Positions 1-8,939 of a stretch of 64,000 nt of DNA are shown one piece after another. The DNA comes from a virus. The stretch lies in IMG/VR virus record IMGVR_UViG_3300013117_000027; one strand, 5' to 3'. How positions within the stretch are numbered: position 1 is the first letter of the stretch; each line of letters opens with the position of its first letter. Both the position numbers and the translations under genes were made by a program. The notes beneath the pieces are model-generated. The model was given only the letters and a program-made list of their open reading frames with translations. It did no database searches and had not been told where the DNA came from.

Positions 1-86
1 TTTTGTGCATTGAATAAGACGTTCTTAGCTTTTGTTTCAACAGTCTTTGTTCCACGTGTTAGGTCAAATTTAATCTCGTTACTCAT
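1..86 (-). CDS. 5' part of a leftward hypothetical gene (MSNEIKFDLTRGTKTVETKAKNVLFNAQ...), runs off the window
   Basis: ATG at 86-84 on the minus strand, AGGAG SD at 97-93, frame open to base 1. Confidence 0.7.
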   Translation of the reverse strand, partial: MSNEIKFDLTRGTKTVETKAKNVLFNAQ

Positions 87-165
87 ACTATACTCCTACG
101 TATATGTTTAAGTGAAATCTTGAGTGCCGTTCATCGACACCAAGTGCATTTCACAGATTTAACTA

Positions 166-194
166 TTGACATTTGTATGTGAATGTGGTATATT
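166..194 (+). promoter_or_regulatory. sigma70/sigmaA-type promoter
   Basis: TTGACA-N17-TATATT with extended -10 TG. Confidence 0.75.
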
Positions 195-265
195 ATAACA
201 GGGAGGGTTTAAATGATAGAATGATCTTCATTATAACCTCTGTATTTATATGTTTAAAATAGTTA

Positions 266-294
266 TTGACTTCTTTGTGCAAATGTTGTATATT
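266..294 (+). promoter_or_regulatory. sigma70/sigmaA-type promoter for the HTH gene
   Basis: TTGACT-N17-TATATT, exactly 100 bp after the first promoter. Confidence 0.75.
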
Positions 295-323
295 ATATGT
301 ATATTTAACCAAAGGAAAATGAT

Positions 324-548
324 ATGCTTGATATAAATAATGATACTATATTTGATACTCGATTGTCTGCTGATGCTTTCAGATTACTATGTTGTTACTA
401 TAGTCTTCCTGATGGTACTCCTCTTAACTGGGCCAGTCTTAGAAAGTATGGAAAACAAGCTGGACTATCTAATACAGCTGTTGGAAAAGCCATGACTTTA
501 TTAAGACGTTACGGTTATTTAGAGATAGATAAAAAGTCGATGAGGTAG
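324..548 (+). CDS. Small winged-HTH DNA-binding protein resembling the N-terminus of phage replication-initiator proteins
   Basis: INNDTIFDTRLSADAFRLLCCYYSLPD...LSNTAVGKAMTLLRRYGYL pattern; AAGGA SD upstream. Confidence 0.55.
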   Translation: MLDINNDTIFDTRLSADAFRLLCCYYSLPDGTPLNWASLRKYGKQAGLSNTAVGKAMTLLRRYGYLEIDKKSMR

Positions 549-568
549 ATAAAAAGTCGATGAGGTAG
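526..568 (+). repeat. Perfect 20-bp tandem duplication TAGATAAAAAGTCGATGAGG x2
   Basis: 526-545 and 546-565 are identical. Confidence 0.95.
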
Positions 569-822
569 TATACTAGTAATGTAACGAAGTGGTTTAAAAC
601 CCATTATTTTCCTTAAAGATGAGAAAATGAAATGAGAAGTAGTTACCGGAGTAGGACAACGTTACAGGTACCCATGTACTTGGTCTAATGTAGAGACAAA
701 AGTAAGAGTTTGATGATTTCTTCTCTTACGAGGCATTGGAGGTGATTTAACTTCAATCGAGAGAATGAAAGTTCTTGGTCTATGCTTCAGGTGAGAACAC
801 CTCATCGGCTACGTGATAGAGA

Positions 823-939
823 TTTTGAGGGGCTGTATTCCACAGTAGCTTTGTTAATCAACAAAGTTATCAAAATTAAATTTTTGAGGGACTGTATTCC
901 ACAGTGGCTTTGTTAATTAACAGAGTTATCAAAAATTAA
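823..939 (+). repeat. Two ~58-bp imperfect tandem repeats, each able to fold as a 3-way junction
   Basis: 823-879 and 882-939: TTTTGA..[G/A]CTGT-ATTCC-ACAGT..GCTTTGTT-AAT[C/T]-AACA[A/G]AGT..TCAAAA. Confidence 0.9.
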
Positions 940-1027
940 GATGGCTTTAGTGGCCCATGCTCCCTCTATTTTTTCTATAAAAAAATCATTATTGCGGTGT
1001 TCTTTTAATGAGACACAACTTCTTTTC

Positions 1028-1164
1028 GAGCGTATCTTCTACGCGATCAAATAATTTCATATATATTGATACTAGTAATGAATCATACCAACACTTTGTG
1101 TTAATCTAACATATACATAAATAACTACTTCTTACTGTTCTTTTACGAGTTATCCCCTTAACGA
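1028..1164 (+). repeat. Two GA-closed hairpins in a shared TTCTTTT(A)CGAG...CGATC context
   Basis: GA-GCGTA-TCTTC-TACGC-GA at 1028-1046; GA-GTTA-TCCCCT-TAAC-GA at 1147-1164. Confidence 0.7.
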
Positions 1165-1451
1165 TCCAACAAACACTAAACATACAATAACGTATACACT
1201 AAGAAACAGATTGAATATCGCTTAGACGCTAGCATTATGAGTACAACATTCATCTATCTGTCTATCTTTAAGAAGTTTTAATAATGTATATGTAGATAAA
1301 CATCTAGTACTAATGTTGAACCTTCGGTAAAAGATTCAATCTTTAGCCACCCTGTCATCATTATACGTTGTCCGAAGGACATATAAAATAATTATCAATC
1401 ATATATTTTAAATAATATATAATAAAGAACACTCATTAAGGGATTCTTCAA

Positions 1452-1528
1452 GCATGAGCTTGCGAATGCATATAAAGTCGATGAAGCGAAGCGAATCAAT
1501 ACTAACCGTGAAATGCTTCAGCATGAAC
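1452..1528 (+). repeat. Array of 3 GA-closed mini-hairpins, 28-bp period
   Basis: GCATGAGCTTGCGAATGC (1452), GATGAAGCGAAGCGAATC (1480), GTGAAATGCTTCAGCATGAAC (1508). Confidence 0.8.
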
Positions 1529-1543
1529 TTTTTTATTTAACTC

Positions 1544-1571
1544 TTGACTTTTCTAAGTAATGAGGTATACT
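1544..1571 (+). promoter_or_regulatory. sigma70-type promoter pointing antisense into the 1663-2961 gene and its terminator
   Basis: TTGACT-N16-TATACT with the same AATGAGG pre -10 motif as the promoters at 5779 and 9093. Confidence 0.6.
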
Positions 1572-1616
1572 TAGTTTATATGTTGAACCTTCGGTAAGAG
1601 TACCAAATGACCAAAT

Positions 1617-1657
1617 AAAAGGGAGAAGCAACCTCAACCCTTAGGCTACTCCTCCCT
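1617..1657 (-). terminator. Intrinsic terminator of the leftward 432-aa gene
   Basis: Minus strand AGGGAGGAGTAGCCT-loop-AGGTTGCTTCTCCCT-TTTATT just after the stop at 1663. Confidence 0.75.
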
Positions 1658-1662
1658 AAATC

Positions 1663-2961
1663 TTACATCCATACTGCAACATCATCACTTACAGTGTAAT
1701 CATCCAATTCTTCTTCTATTCCTAAGACCTCATTAATTTTATCTGTTAGTACTTCATCATCTATATCATCTATAGATATTTCTTCATATACCTGGATGTT
1801 TGTATCTTCTACTTTATGGAGATACTTACGTTCTTGCCAAGACTCTTCCTTAAGTTGCTTTCTTCCTAACTCATCTAACCTAAGTCTTAAAGCGTGTTTA
1901 ATAACATCTACTTCATAGTCTCCATCGTTTGTAGTATCTTCTAGAAGCTCTCTAACTTCGTCTTCTTTAAGCTTCCATATAGGTGTTCCATCTATCTTCC
2001 AGAAGTTTGTTACCCAATTGTGGTCTTCAGCTTCTGTAACGTCTTCTACTGGTTCATGCATTACCCATACTTTGTATTCGTGGTCTTCCCCAGTAGGCAC
2101 TGTTACTTCCTGATTCAATGCATTAAACCATACCCACTCTCTACTCTTATTACACTCTGATAAAGCTTCATATTCTGAAAACTCTCTGCCGGTTCCCTTC
2201 TCAACGTATATGTGATATGTTTTCTCGTGGGCTCCATCTAAACTTGATACATAATCAGTCTTACCTATTCTCCATGGAGATCTCTTAACTGCACATTCAT
2301 GTATTAACTTATCTTTAGTAGCAGTAAAAATAATTTGATTACTTCCACAACAAGGACACACTTTCTCAATTCCCTGAGTCTTTCTATCATCATATTCAGG
2401 GTCATAATGGTCTAAAGGTATCCAATGTGTACTATCTAAAGGTACTATGCTATCATTCCATACTTCTACTGTGTCTATCACCCTGTTACTATGTGTTACA
2501 CTATACCTATCTGCTTGATACTTCATGTACAAGTCACTTAGTACTCTATGCATTACCGGATACCATTTATTCTTCCTATCTTTGTTAGCATATAAGTGTG
2601 GCCTTTCATATAACTCAGGATTTCTTTGATGTAGAGCTTCTTCTTCCTGGAGTGCTTTCTTATTAGCTACAACATCTACCATGTTATGGATATTAGTCCA
2701 TTTACCTGTCTTGGTCATGAAACTTCCTGACTTATACTTACCATCTTCTCTCTTAGTCTGTTCCATCATTGGATTTACTATAAAAGGTATTCCGTTATAA
2801 TGGCCTATAAGTCCTGCCTTTGACATGGTTTCCCATATGTTTCCTACTTCTTGAGATTCTTTCTCATCTCTTATTCTTGTGTGTCTTCCTGCTTCTGATA
2901 CTAAACATGAATTGTCTGTACAGTTACTCATTGTTGTTTCTGACATTGATATTAAATTCAT
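1663..2961 (-). CDS. Hypothetical protein (~432 aa) with a CPCCG zinc-knuckle-like motif and an acidic C-terminus
   Basis: Long ORF; start moved to ATG 2961, which follows an AGGAG SD. Confidence 0.75.
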   Translation of the reverse strand: MNLISMSETTMSNCTDNSCLVSEAGRHTRIRDEKESQEVGNIWETMSKAGLIGHYNGIPFIVNPMMEQTKREDGKYKSGSFMTKTGKWTNIHNMVDVVANKKALQEEEALHQRNPELYERPHLYANKDRKNKWYPVMHRVLSDLYMKYQADRYSVTHSNRVIDTVEVWNDSIVPLDSTHWIPLDHYDPEYDDRKTQGIEKVCPCCGSNQIIFTATKDKLIHECAVKRSPWRIGKTDYVSSLDGAHEKTYHIYVEKGTGREFSEYEALSECNKSREWVWFNALNQEVTVPTGEDHEYKVWVMHEPVEDVTEAEDHNWVTNFWKIDGTPIWKLKEDEVRELLEDTTNDGDYEVDVIKHALRLRLDELGRKQLKEESWQERKYLHKVEDTNIQVYEEISIDDIDDEVLTDKINEVLGIEEELDDYTVSDDVAVWM

Positions 2962-3416
2962 AATAACTCCTATAAAAAATTGAAGACCAATCTTAAGTGC
3001 GTTATTGCACATTCGATATATTCACTTAGACTTTACTGTCTATGTCTTCGTTTAAAACCGCTCTCTGTCGGCTTGCTTCCGACTCACATTATGCGCGACT
3101 TGATGTCAAGATGTTAAATTGGGGGAACCGTGTTAGAGTTTGTTGTGGTCATACACGGTGAATGCGCTTAATGTCGACAGATAATGTTCTTATCCATTGA
3201 CCATTACTAACATCACATATGACCGCTACAAAGTCTTACATGGGGGAACCGATTTAATGTCTTTACATCAACCAAGGCATAATGTATATTTTGGGAAGCC
3301 GAGAGAGAGAGAAACAATCTCTCAACCTACCAATGTGTTCTGTATTGTTCACTATATATCGCCTTACGAATCTACCACCACATAAGCCCATATGGCGTAT
3401 GAATATATACATATAT

Positions 3417-3556
3417 GATGAACGAAGTGAATCGATTCTTATGGGTGAGAAACTTTAGTTTCGAACGTAGTTCGCATGAACGAAGTGAATGTATAATATA
3501 TCAATGAGGACTTCAGTCCGAATACATTCCTACAGTGGAGGAACTTTAGTTCCGAC
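3417..3556 (+). repeat. Array of 5 GA-closed mini-hairpins, ~28-32-bp period
   Basis: GATGAACGAAGTGAATC (3417), GTGAGAAACTTTAGTTTCGAAC (3445), GCATGAACGAAGTGAATGT (3474), ATGAGGACTTCAGTCCGAAT (3504), GGAGGAACTTTAGTTCCGAC (3537). Confidence 0.85.
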
Positions 3557-3604
3557 TATGCTTTGTCCGGGAGTCTCTACCTGTTAGTAGTGTCCGGGAG
3601 TTAT

Positions 3605-3627
3605 GAAGAAAGGGGCTATTAACCCCT
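3605..3627 (-). terminator. Intrinsic terminator for leftward genes
   Basis: Minus strand AGGGGTTAATAGCCCCT-TTCTTC. Confidence 0.6.
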
Positions 3628-3875
3628 AATCTTCTAACCGTAATACTGCTCTGATGATTCATAATAGTTATTACGTATTCCAACAGTGTAATATCTACAT
3701 TCAGAAGGCAGTATGGCATTACTCATTTAACTGTATCTGTAGTTGTTTCACTAACAGTTCGTCGTTTAACGCTTGGTCTTGATTGTGATGTTTAATTCTT
3801 GTTTCATTGTAATATTGTTCATTATAAACTCCTATAAAAGATTAAATATTTAGTTATATGTGATGATGGTCAATG

Positions 3876-4409
3876 TTACTCTACTACAACTCTATTGGTA
3901 TCACAGTACTTCATAAATGCAGCTACCTTATTCTTAAAGTTACAATCATTCACAGTTAGTACCTTAGTTGTTACTACGTATCCCTTATCTACCATAGCAC
4001 CACTGATGTTACCACATGATACACTCCAAGTATCCTTAGGTACTTTCCTATAGAACGCTTTAGTAAGCGGGTTATTATATACCATGATATGTCCATATAG
4101 TCCACATGTACCACTAGGTTCTAACATTACTATTGTACACCTCATATCTACTACTTTCTCTTGTGTGTGTACTTTAATGTCATCGTTCATTATACCATGT
4201 ACTGCATCCTTCCTTACTTTGTACACATATGGCTTATCGGCTAGTATGTACGTGTTAGCTTTATTGTATGGTACTAGTACACGCCACACATTATGCATCT
4301 TAGTAACTAGATATTTAATACCATCCTTGGATACTTCACGTCCGCTTCTTGTGTTGTATGTGTATGATATACTCTTACTGGTTGATGTTATAACTGTAAT
4401 AATAGACAT
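3876..4409 (-). CDS. Hypothetical protein (~177 aa)
   Basis: ORF; ATG 4409 follows an AGGAG SD. Confidence 0.7.
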   Translation of the reverse strand: MSIITVITSTSKSISYTYNTRSGREVSKDGIKYLVTKMHNVWRVLVPYNKANTYILADKPYVYKVRKDAVHGIMNDDIKVHTQEKVVDMRCTIVMLEPSGTCGLYGHIMVYNNPLTKAFYRKVPKDTWSVSCGNISGAMVDKGYVVTTKVLTVNDCNFKNKVAAFMKYCDTNRVVVE

Positions 4410-4477
4410 AGATACTCCTATGTTAAAAGGTTTAAATAATACATACATATATATGTGATTGATTTGGTTATGTTATA

Positions 4478-4654
4478 TTAATACGTACAGTACTCTACTA
4501 ATGCCCATATAGCAGTGGCAGCCACTACTAACTTAAGGTAAGCCATTGATACTTTACATCTCTTCTTATTAGCATACTTATACTTATATGTACGCTTAGT
4601 ACTGTTAAATCTACCATTCTGTGCTCTTGATACTACATTACTTCTTTTAGACAT
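4478..4654 (-). CDS. 58-aa basic protein with a C-terminal hydrophobic anchor (MSKRSNVVSR...LKLVVAATAIWALVEYCTY)
   Basis: Manually translated; AGGAGG SD upstream. Confidence 0.6.
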   Translation of the reverse strand: MSKRSNVVSRAQNGRFNSTKRTYKYKYANKKRCKVSMAYLKLVVAATAIWALVEYCTY

Positions 4655-4860
4655 ACTGTCCTCCTATAAAGTTTAAACATTAAAGTTACAAAACAAAAGA
4701 CCCCGTCACCGAGAAACGTTCTGTTTATTTTATCTATATTAATAATACCTAGTACACACAAACTATCCATTTTCTGTATTATGAAAAAAAAATCTTGTAA
4801 ATATCACTATAAGAAGATTTCGCGTATACTATAAAATAGTACAATAATGTACTCGAAACA

Positions 4861-5487
4861 ATGAAAAGAGGTATAATGCAAGTAGAACTTTACTGTAAAA
4901 AGTGTGGAAAAGAAGGCAATGAAAACTTTTGCACTTCTAAAGTAGCAAAGTATAAAAGACCTGGTCGGAAGTCTAACTATTGCAAAGAATGTCAGAAAGA
5001 AGTAGACAAAGTAAGAAGAGCATCAAAAGGCACTACCAATAAAGTTATAGAATGTAGACAATGTGGTGTTAAAGGTGGTAACGAGTTATTCACACCGTCT
5101 AGGTTTAAGTTAGCAAATAAGTATCTTACTTGTAATAAGTGTAGAAGAAAACATCAATCAAAAACAATTAACTATCGTATACGTAAAAATATGTCTAACC
5201 GTATAAAAAGTGCGTTTAAAAGGTATAAGGATCTAAAGAAAGACTACGGAACAATGCAGATGTATGTAGGATGCGATATGTACACATTCTTTAAACATAT
5301 AGAAGATCAATGGACTGAAGGTATGTCATGGGATAACTACGGTAAGTGGCACTTAGACCACATACGTCCTATAGCATCATTTGACCTTACAAAAGATGAA
5401 GAAGTAAAAGCTTGCTTTAACTATAAAAATGTACAACCATTGTGGGCAGAAGATAATCTCAAAAAAGGAGATAAATATGAAGAATAG
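4861..5487 (+). CDS. Free-standing HNH-type (homing) endonuclease with N-terminal CxxC zinc fingers
   Basis: GMSWDNYGKWHLDHIRPIASFDL...CFNYKNVQPLWAEDNLKKG; four CxxC motifs. Confidence 0.85.
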   Translation: MKRGIMQVELYCKKCGKEGNENFCTSKVAKYKRPGRKSNYCKECQKEVDKVRRASKGTTNKVIECRQCGVKGGNELFTPSRFKLANKYLTCNKCRRKHQSKTINYRIRKNMSNRIKSAFKRYKDLKKDYGTMQMYVGCDMYTFFKHIEDQWTEGMSWDNYGKWHLDHIRPIASFDLTKDEEVKACFNYKNVQPLWAEDNLKKGDKYEE

Positions 5488-5770
5488 CTTATACTCTTTA
5501 AAAGGTCCCACCTATAGAAAGAGAGGAAAAATGTTTATAGAAGAAGGACTATCGTTACTACAAGAATACGCTTACACAGAGCGTCCAGAAGACCTAGAAG
5601 AAGCTTTAAAAGTACTACGAGAAGGTTCAAGCTCTTTTTTGCCGTCAGTGGCCTCAGAGGAGCTTTCAGAGATACTAGAAGACCTAGAAGGGCATAGAGC
5701 GTCAGGAACTTTAGAGACATTTGTACAAGAAGTAATAGATCGCTTAGATGTTATAGCAAAAGAACTTTAA
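5477..5770 (+). CDS. Hypothetical protein
   Basis: ORF; ATG 5477 after an AAGGAG SD. Confidence 0.65.
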   Translation: MKNSLYSLKGPTYRKRGKMFIEEGLSLLQEYAYTERPEDLEEALKVLREGSSSFLPSVASEELSEILEDLEGHRASGTLETFVQEVIDRLDVIAKEL

Positions 5771-5778
5771 AAAAGGTC

Positions 5779-5807
5779 TTGACTTTCTTAGGCTAATGAG
5801 GTATATT
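5779..5807 (+). promoter_or_regulatory. sigma70-type promoter
   Basis: TTGACT-N17(..AATGAGG)-TATATT. Confidence 0.75.
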
Positions 5808-5989
5808 ATCAATGCCAGAGGGCTTTAAAAGAGATTAAACTTTGTAAGATAGCCTCCCATGGCTATCGGAAAGAACATTATGGAGAAAGATATACAAGAC
5901 ATAGACCTAAGGTATGCATTTGCTTTATCAATGTCAGGAGTATCAGTAAGCTTTCAAGAAGAGCGTGAGAAATACAAAGGAGGAACCAA

Positions 5990-6190
5990 TTGAAAACTAA
6001 CGGAAGGTTTTGCTCTGAGGTTTGTCCGTTTTTATATCCAAACGAATTTCAACAGAATCATATGGAAAAACCAACACAACAACATTGGTGTTCCAGATTC
6101 AACAAAAGGGTTATACACAACGGGAACCATCCAAAAATCGAGCGTTGCCAAATGTGCTTTGAGCATGAAACAAAGACAACGCCAGAGTAA
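5990..6190 (+). CDS. Small Cys-rich hypothetical protein
   Basis: TTG start after GGAGG; CxxxC...C...CxxC. Confidence 0.55.
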   Translation: MKTNGRFCSEVCPFLYPNEFQQNHMEKPTQQHWCSRFNKRVIHNGNHPKIERCQMCFEHETKTTPE

Positions 6191-6594
6191 GTGTTTACTG
6201 GCATTATAGGCATGGTCTTTGACCTTCGAGATATTCATTCTCCTGAAGAGTTCACGTGGATGGTCAGAGAAGCTTCTAGTTATCAATATTGTATCAAGTG
6301 GCAGGGTAAAGACCACGACGTAGGCCTAAAGCCTCAGAAGTTTTAAACCTTAAAGACATCAAGTCTAGTAACATATACGTAAAGAAAGGGACACAGGGAG
6401 GCTAGACATTCAGTGTATAAACGGACAGGAAATAGAAGTTTTTAAACTTCTAAAAGCCTATACTACTCTTTCAGATAGAGTTGAGCACCTAGAAAGAATA
6501 GAAGCTCAACAAAAAAAGATTATAGACGCTTTAGAGAAAGTTATAGAGTACGGGAGTGCCTAATCTTCAAGAGTGTCTAAGATAAGGAGACTAA

Positions 6595-8601
6595 ATGGCA
6601 TTATCATACACATCAGGTATTTACCTACACTTAGAAGGAACAGACGCACAGGTAACGTCTATACAACGTAATAGAGAGCTAGCCTGGACAACAGATCTAG
6701 AACTATTAAGGTACTTAGACTGTAACGGCCTTGCTCATTACATAGCCTCATCTGGTAGCGGAGGCAGTGGTCTGTGGGACAATCATAACGACGAAAGAAT
6801 AAGACCTAAGAATGGCAAGCAGACTTATGTTGCAGAAAGCTACCTCGCCGGTGTTGTCACAGACGAGACAAAGTTTGTACCTTTTAACACATTTGCTGAC
6901 TCAGCAAGTCTATACCTTAGTAACGGTAGCTCAGACAATCCTCTTTACTTACACGCGTATAGTAACGACGGTGCTGACGAGTTCATTATATCGAGGAACA
7001 CTCGAGGAAATGGTACATACCTTAACGATGGACTAGACAAAGCTATTAGGTACTATCAAAGTATGTCAAACTTAGACAGTATTCATGTGTTCGACACTGT
7101 TAACTCGTCTAACCCTGTGTCGTCCGGTGATGGGATATCTTGGGCTAATAGAGTCCTAATAACGTCTACGGCTACACACATGAACGCACTTAACAACGAT
7201 AGTAACTTTTATATCAAGAGTAACAATCCTGACGTATACTTAATGTATGGTAGTGGTGGCCAGTTAACAACAGGTGCACACGACGACATCTTATTCGAGA
7301 ATGTAAACATCGGTGGCGCTTTATACATGAGCGGCTACAGTACATTTGAGCTAGATGGCACACTAAGGTTCGTTCCTTCAGGCTGGTTCGAATTTAGAGA
7401 GTCAGGTGTATGGAAAACTTTGTCAGGCCAAGAGGTTGTTGGTGGATCTGATAAGCAGGTTCAGGTTAACAGTAATGGCTTCATAGCAGGATTTTCTGAC
7501 TTTGTATGGGATTATGATAATGATAGACTAGGGGTAAACACTTCTTCTCCTAGTGTTACCTTAGACGTAAACGGTGTTATTAGAGGTGCTAAGATAAGAA
7601 TTTGGGGTTGCAATATCATAGAAGATGCTACTGATGCAGAGGCTGACTTACAGTTAAATGCGACAGGATACAATGATGGTTCTTCACAGTACAGAAACTG
7701 TGGATGGTACGATGGAAAGCTTAATCGAGTAATGTTTTTAAAAGGTCAAACATCTTCTTTAAGATTAGGTGATAACCAAGAGCCTTCTCCAGGCGTTACT
7801 TTAGATGTTAACGGAACAATAGATAACGGATCACTAAGACTGTGGGGTAATAATTTTCTCGAAGCTGGATTTAACGGAGAAGCTACTCTTCAAGTTAATC
7901 TGTTTGGTTATGATGAAGGAGTTACTCAGTTTAGAAACACTAAGTTTGGTGACGGGAAAAATTCAGGTTTTGTGTTAATGAAAGGATCTACTAAGAGTAC
8001 TAGGTTCGGAGATGACTCTGACCCAAATTATACAGTAGATGTAGAAGGTGATTTTAAATCAGGATCTTCTTCTGATAACACTAATATAAGTATAAGCGGA
8101 CTAATAGATCCTGTTGGCACTCGCGCAGGTTTAAGTAGAGCAGAACTATCTGTTTCTGGTGGTACAACCGGAACAACAATTTCAGCTCTAAATACATGGA
8201 CAAAGTTAACAGGATGGACAAGTGCTTTAAATAACGGTAAACTTGTAGCTAATGTTACAGGTAATACCATAGATGTTGATAATGCAGGAATGTATAAAGT
8301 TCAAGCCGTAGTACATTATTACTACGATGCTCCAAGTGAAAGTAGAGCACAGTACGAATTCATGATAAGAGAAACATCTGGCACTCCTGTTGAGTATGGT
8401 AAAACATTGATGAGAGATTGGCATGAAGATGGTGATGGTGGAACAGATGAAGCGTACGGTCCACCTGTTGTATTAAGTGCTCATATACCTTGTACAGCTG
8501 GTGATGAACTAGAAGTAAGTGTTAAACAAATCTCTGGTACACTAGGAGTTGTACTAAATGGGGGCACGTTTACTGCAGAAAAAATCGGAGGATTAACATA
8601 G
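6595..8601 (+). CDS. Virion fibre/appendage-like protein with an internal ~80-aa duplication and a C-terminal beta-sandwich-like domain
   Basis: G/S/N/D-rich; RLGVNTSSPSVTLDVNG fibre-type motif; repeated WG.N..E....EA.LQ.N..GY..G..Q.RN; TAAGGAG SD. Confidence 0.65.
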   Translation: MALSYTSGIYLHLEGTDAQVTSIQRNRELAWTTDLELLRYLDCNGLAHYIASSGSGGSGLWDNHNDERIRPKNGKQTYVAESYLAGVVTDETKFVPFNTFADSASLYLSNGSSDNPLYLHAYSNDGADEFIISRNTRGNGTYLNDGLDKAIRYYQSMSNLDSIHVFDTVNSSNPVSSGDGISWANRVLITSTATHMNALNNDSNFYIKSNNPDVYLMYGSGGQLTTGAHDDILFENVNIGGALYMSGYSTFELDGTLRFVPSGWFEFRESGVWKTLSGQEVVGGSDKQVQVNSNGFIAGFSDFVWDYDNDRLGVNTSSPSVTLDVNGVIRGAKIRIWGCNIIEDATDAEADLQLNATGYNDGSSQYRNCGWYDGKLNRVMFLKGQTSSLRLGDNQEPSPGVTLDVNGTIDNGSLRLWGNNFLEAGFNGEATLQVNLFGYDEGVTQFRNTKFGDGKNSGFVLMKGSTKSTRFGDDSDPNYTVDVEGDFKSGSSSDNTNISISGLIDPVGTRAGLSRAELSVSGGTTGTTISALNTWTKLTGWTSALNNGKLVANVTGNTIDVDNAGMYKVQAVVHYYYDAPSESRAQYEFMIRETSGTPVEYGKTLMRDWHEDGDGGTDEAYGPPVVLSAHIPCTAGDELEVSVKQISGTLGVVLNGGTFTAEKIGGLT

Positions 8602-8629
8602 TACTAAAAACTTTAAAAGAGGAGACAAA

Positions 8630-8806
8630 ATGGACTTAATGTCATTGATAACAGAAACTGTAGACAAAAGTATAGACTTACTAAGTCTAGTAAAACTAAT
8701 GAAACTAGAACTTATACGTATAGCTAACGAGAATACTGCATTGAAAGCAGAGATAGTACAGAAAGATCAAATTATTGAAAGACTAGGTAATGAAAGCGAC
8801 GAATAA
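8630..8806 (+). CDS. Small coiled-coil protein (58 aa)
   Basis: GAGGAG SD; manual translation MDLMSLITETVDKS... Confidence 0.6.
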   Translation: MDLMSLITETVDKSIDLLSLVKLMKLELIRIANENTALKAEIVQKDQIIERLGNESDE

Positions 8807-8939
8807 CGGTATTCAATTTAGTCCTCCTAAGAAGAAGGAGGCTGCACCTATGGTAGATCCACATAGTGTGTACCTTAAGACTATAATTCGGCAGAATGCA
8901 GAGATTATAGAACTCTTAAGAGAGATAAAGGATAAGTAA
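8790..8939 (+). CDS. Small hypothetical protein (49 aa)
   Basis: Overlaps the upstream gene; TAATG coupling to the next gene. Confidence 0.5.
   Translation: MKATNNGIQFSPPKKKEAAPMVDPHSVYLKTIIRQNAEIIELLREIKDK

Noticed and set aside
3197-3385. 62-aa + strand ORF (also 4084-4458 +)
   Set aside because: No SD; lies in repeat-rich intergenic DNA or antisense to a better gene
3417-3556. Mini CRISPR array
   Set aside because: Units are not sequence-identical, the gaps are only ~10-13 nt, and no cas operon is visible. Reported as a hairpin array instead.
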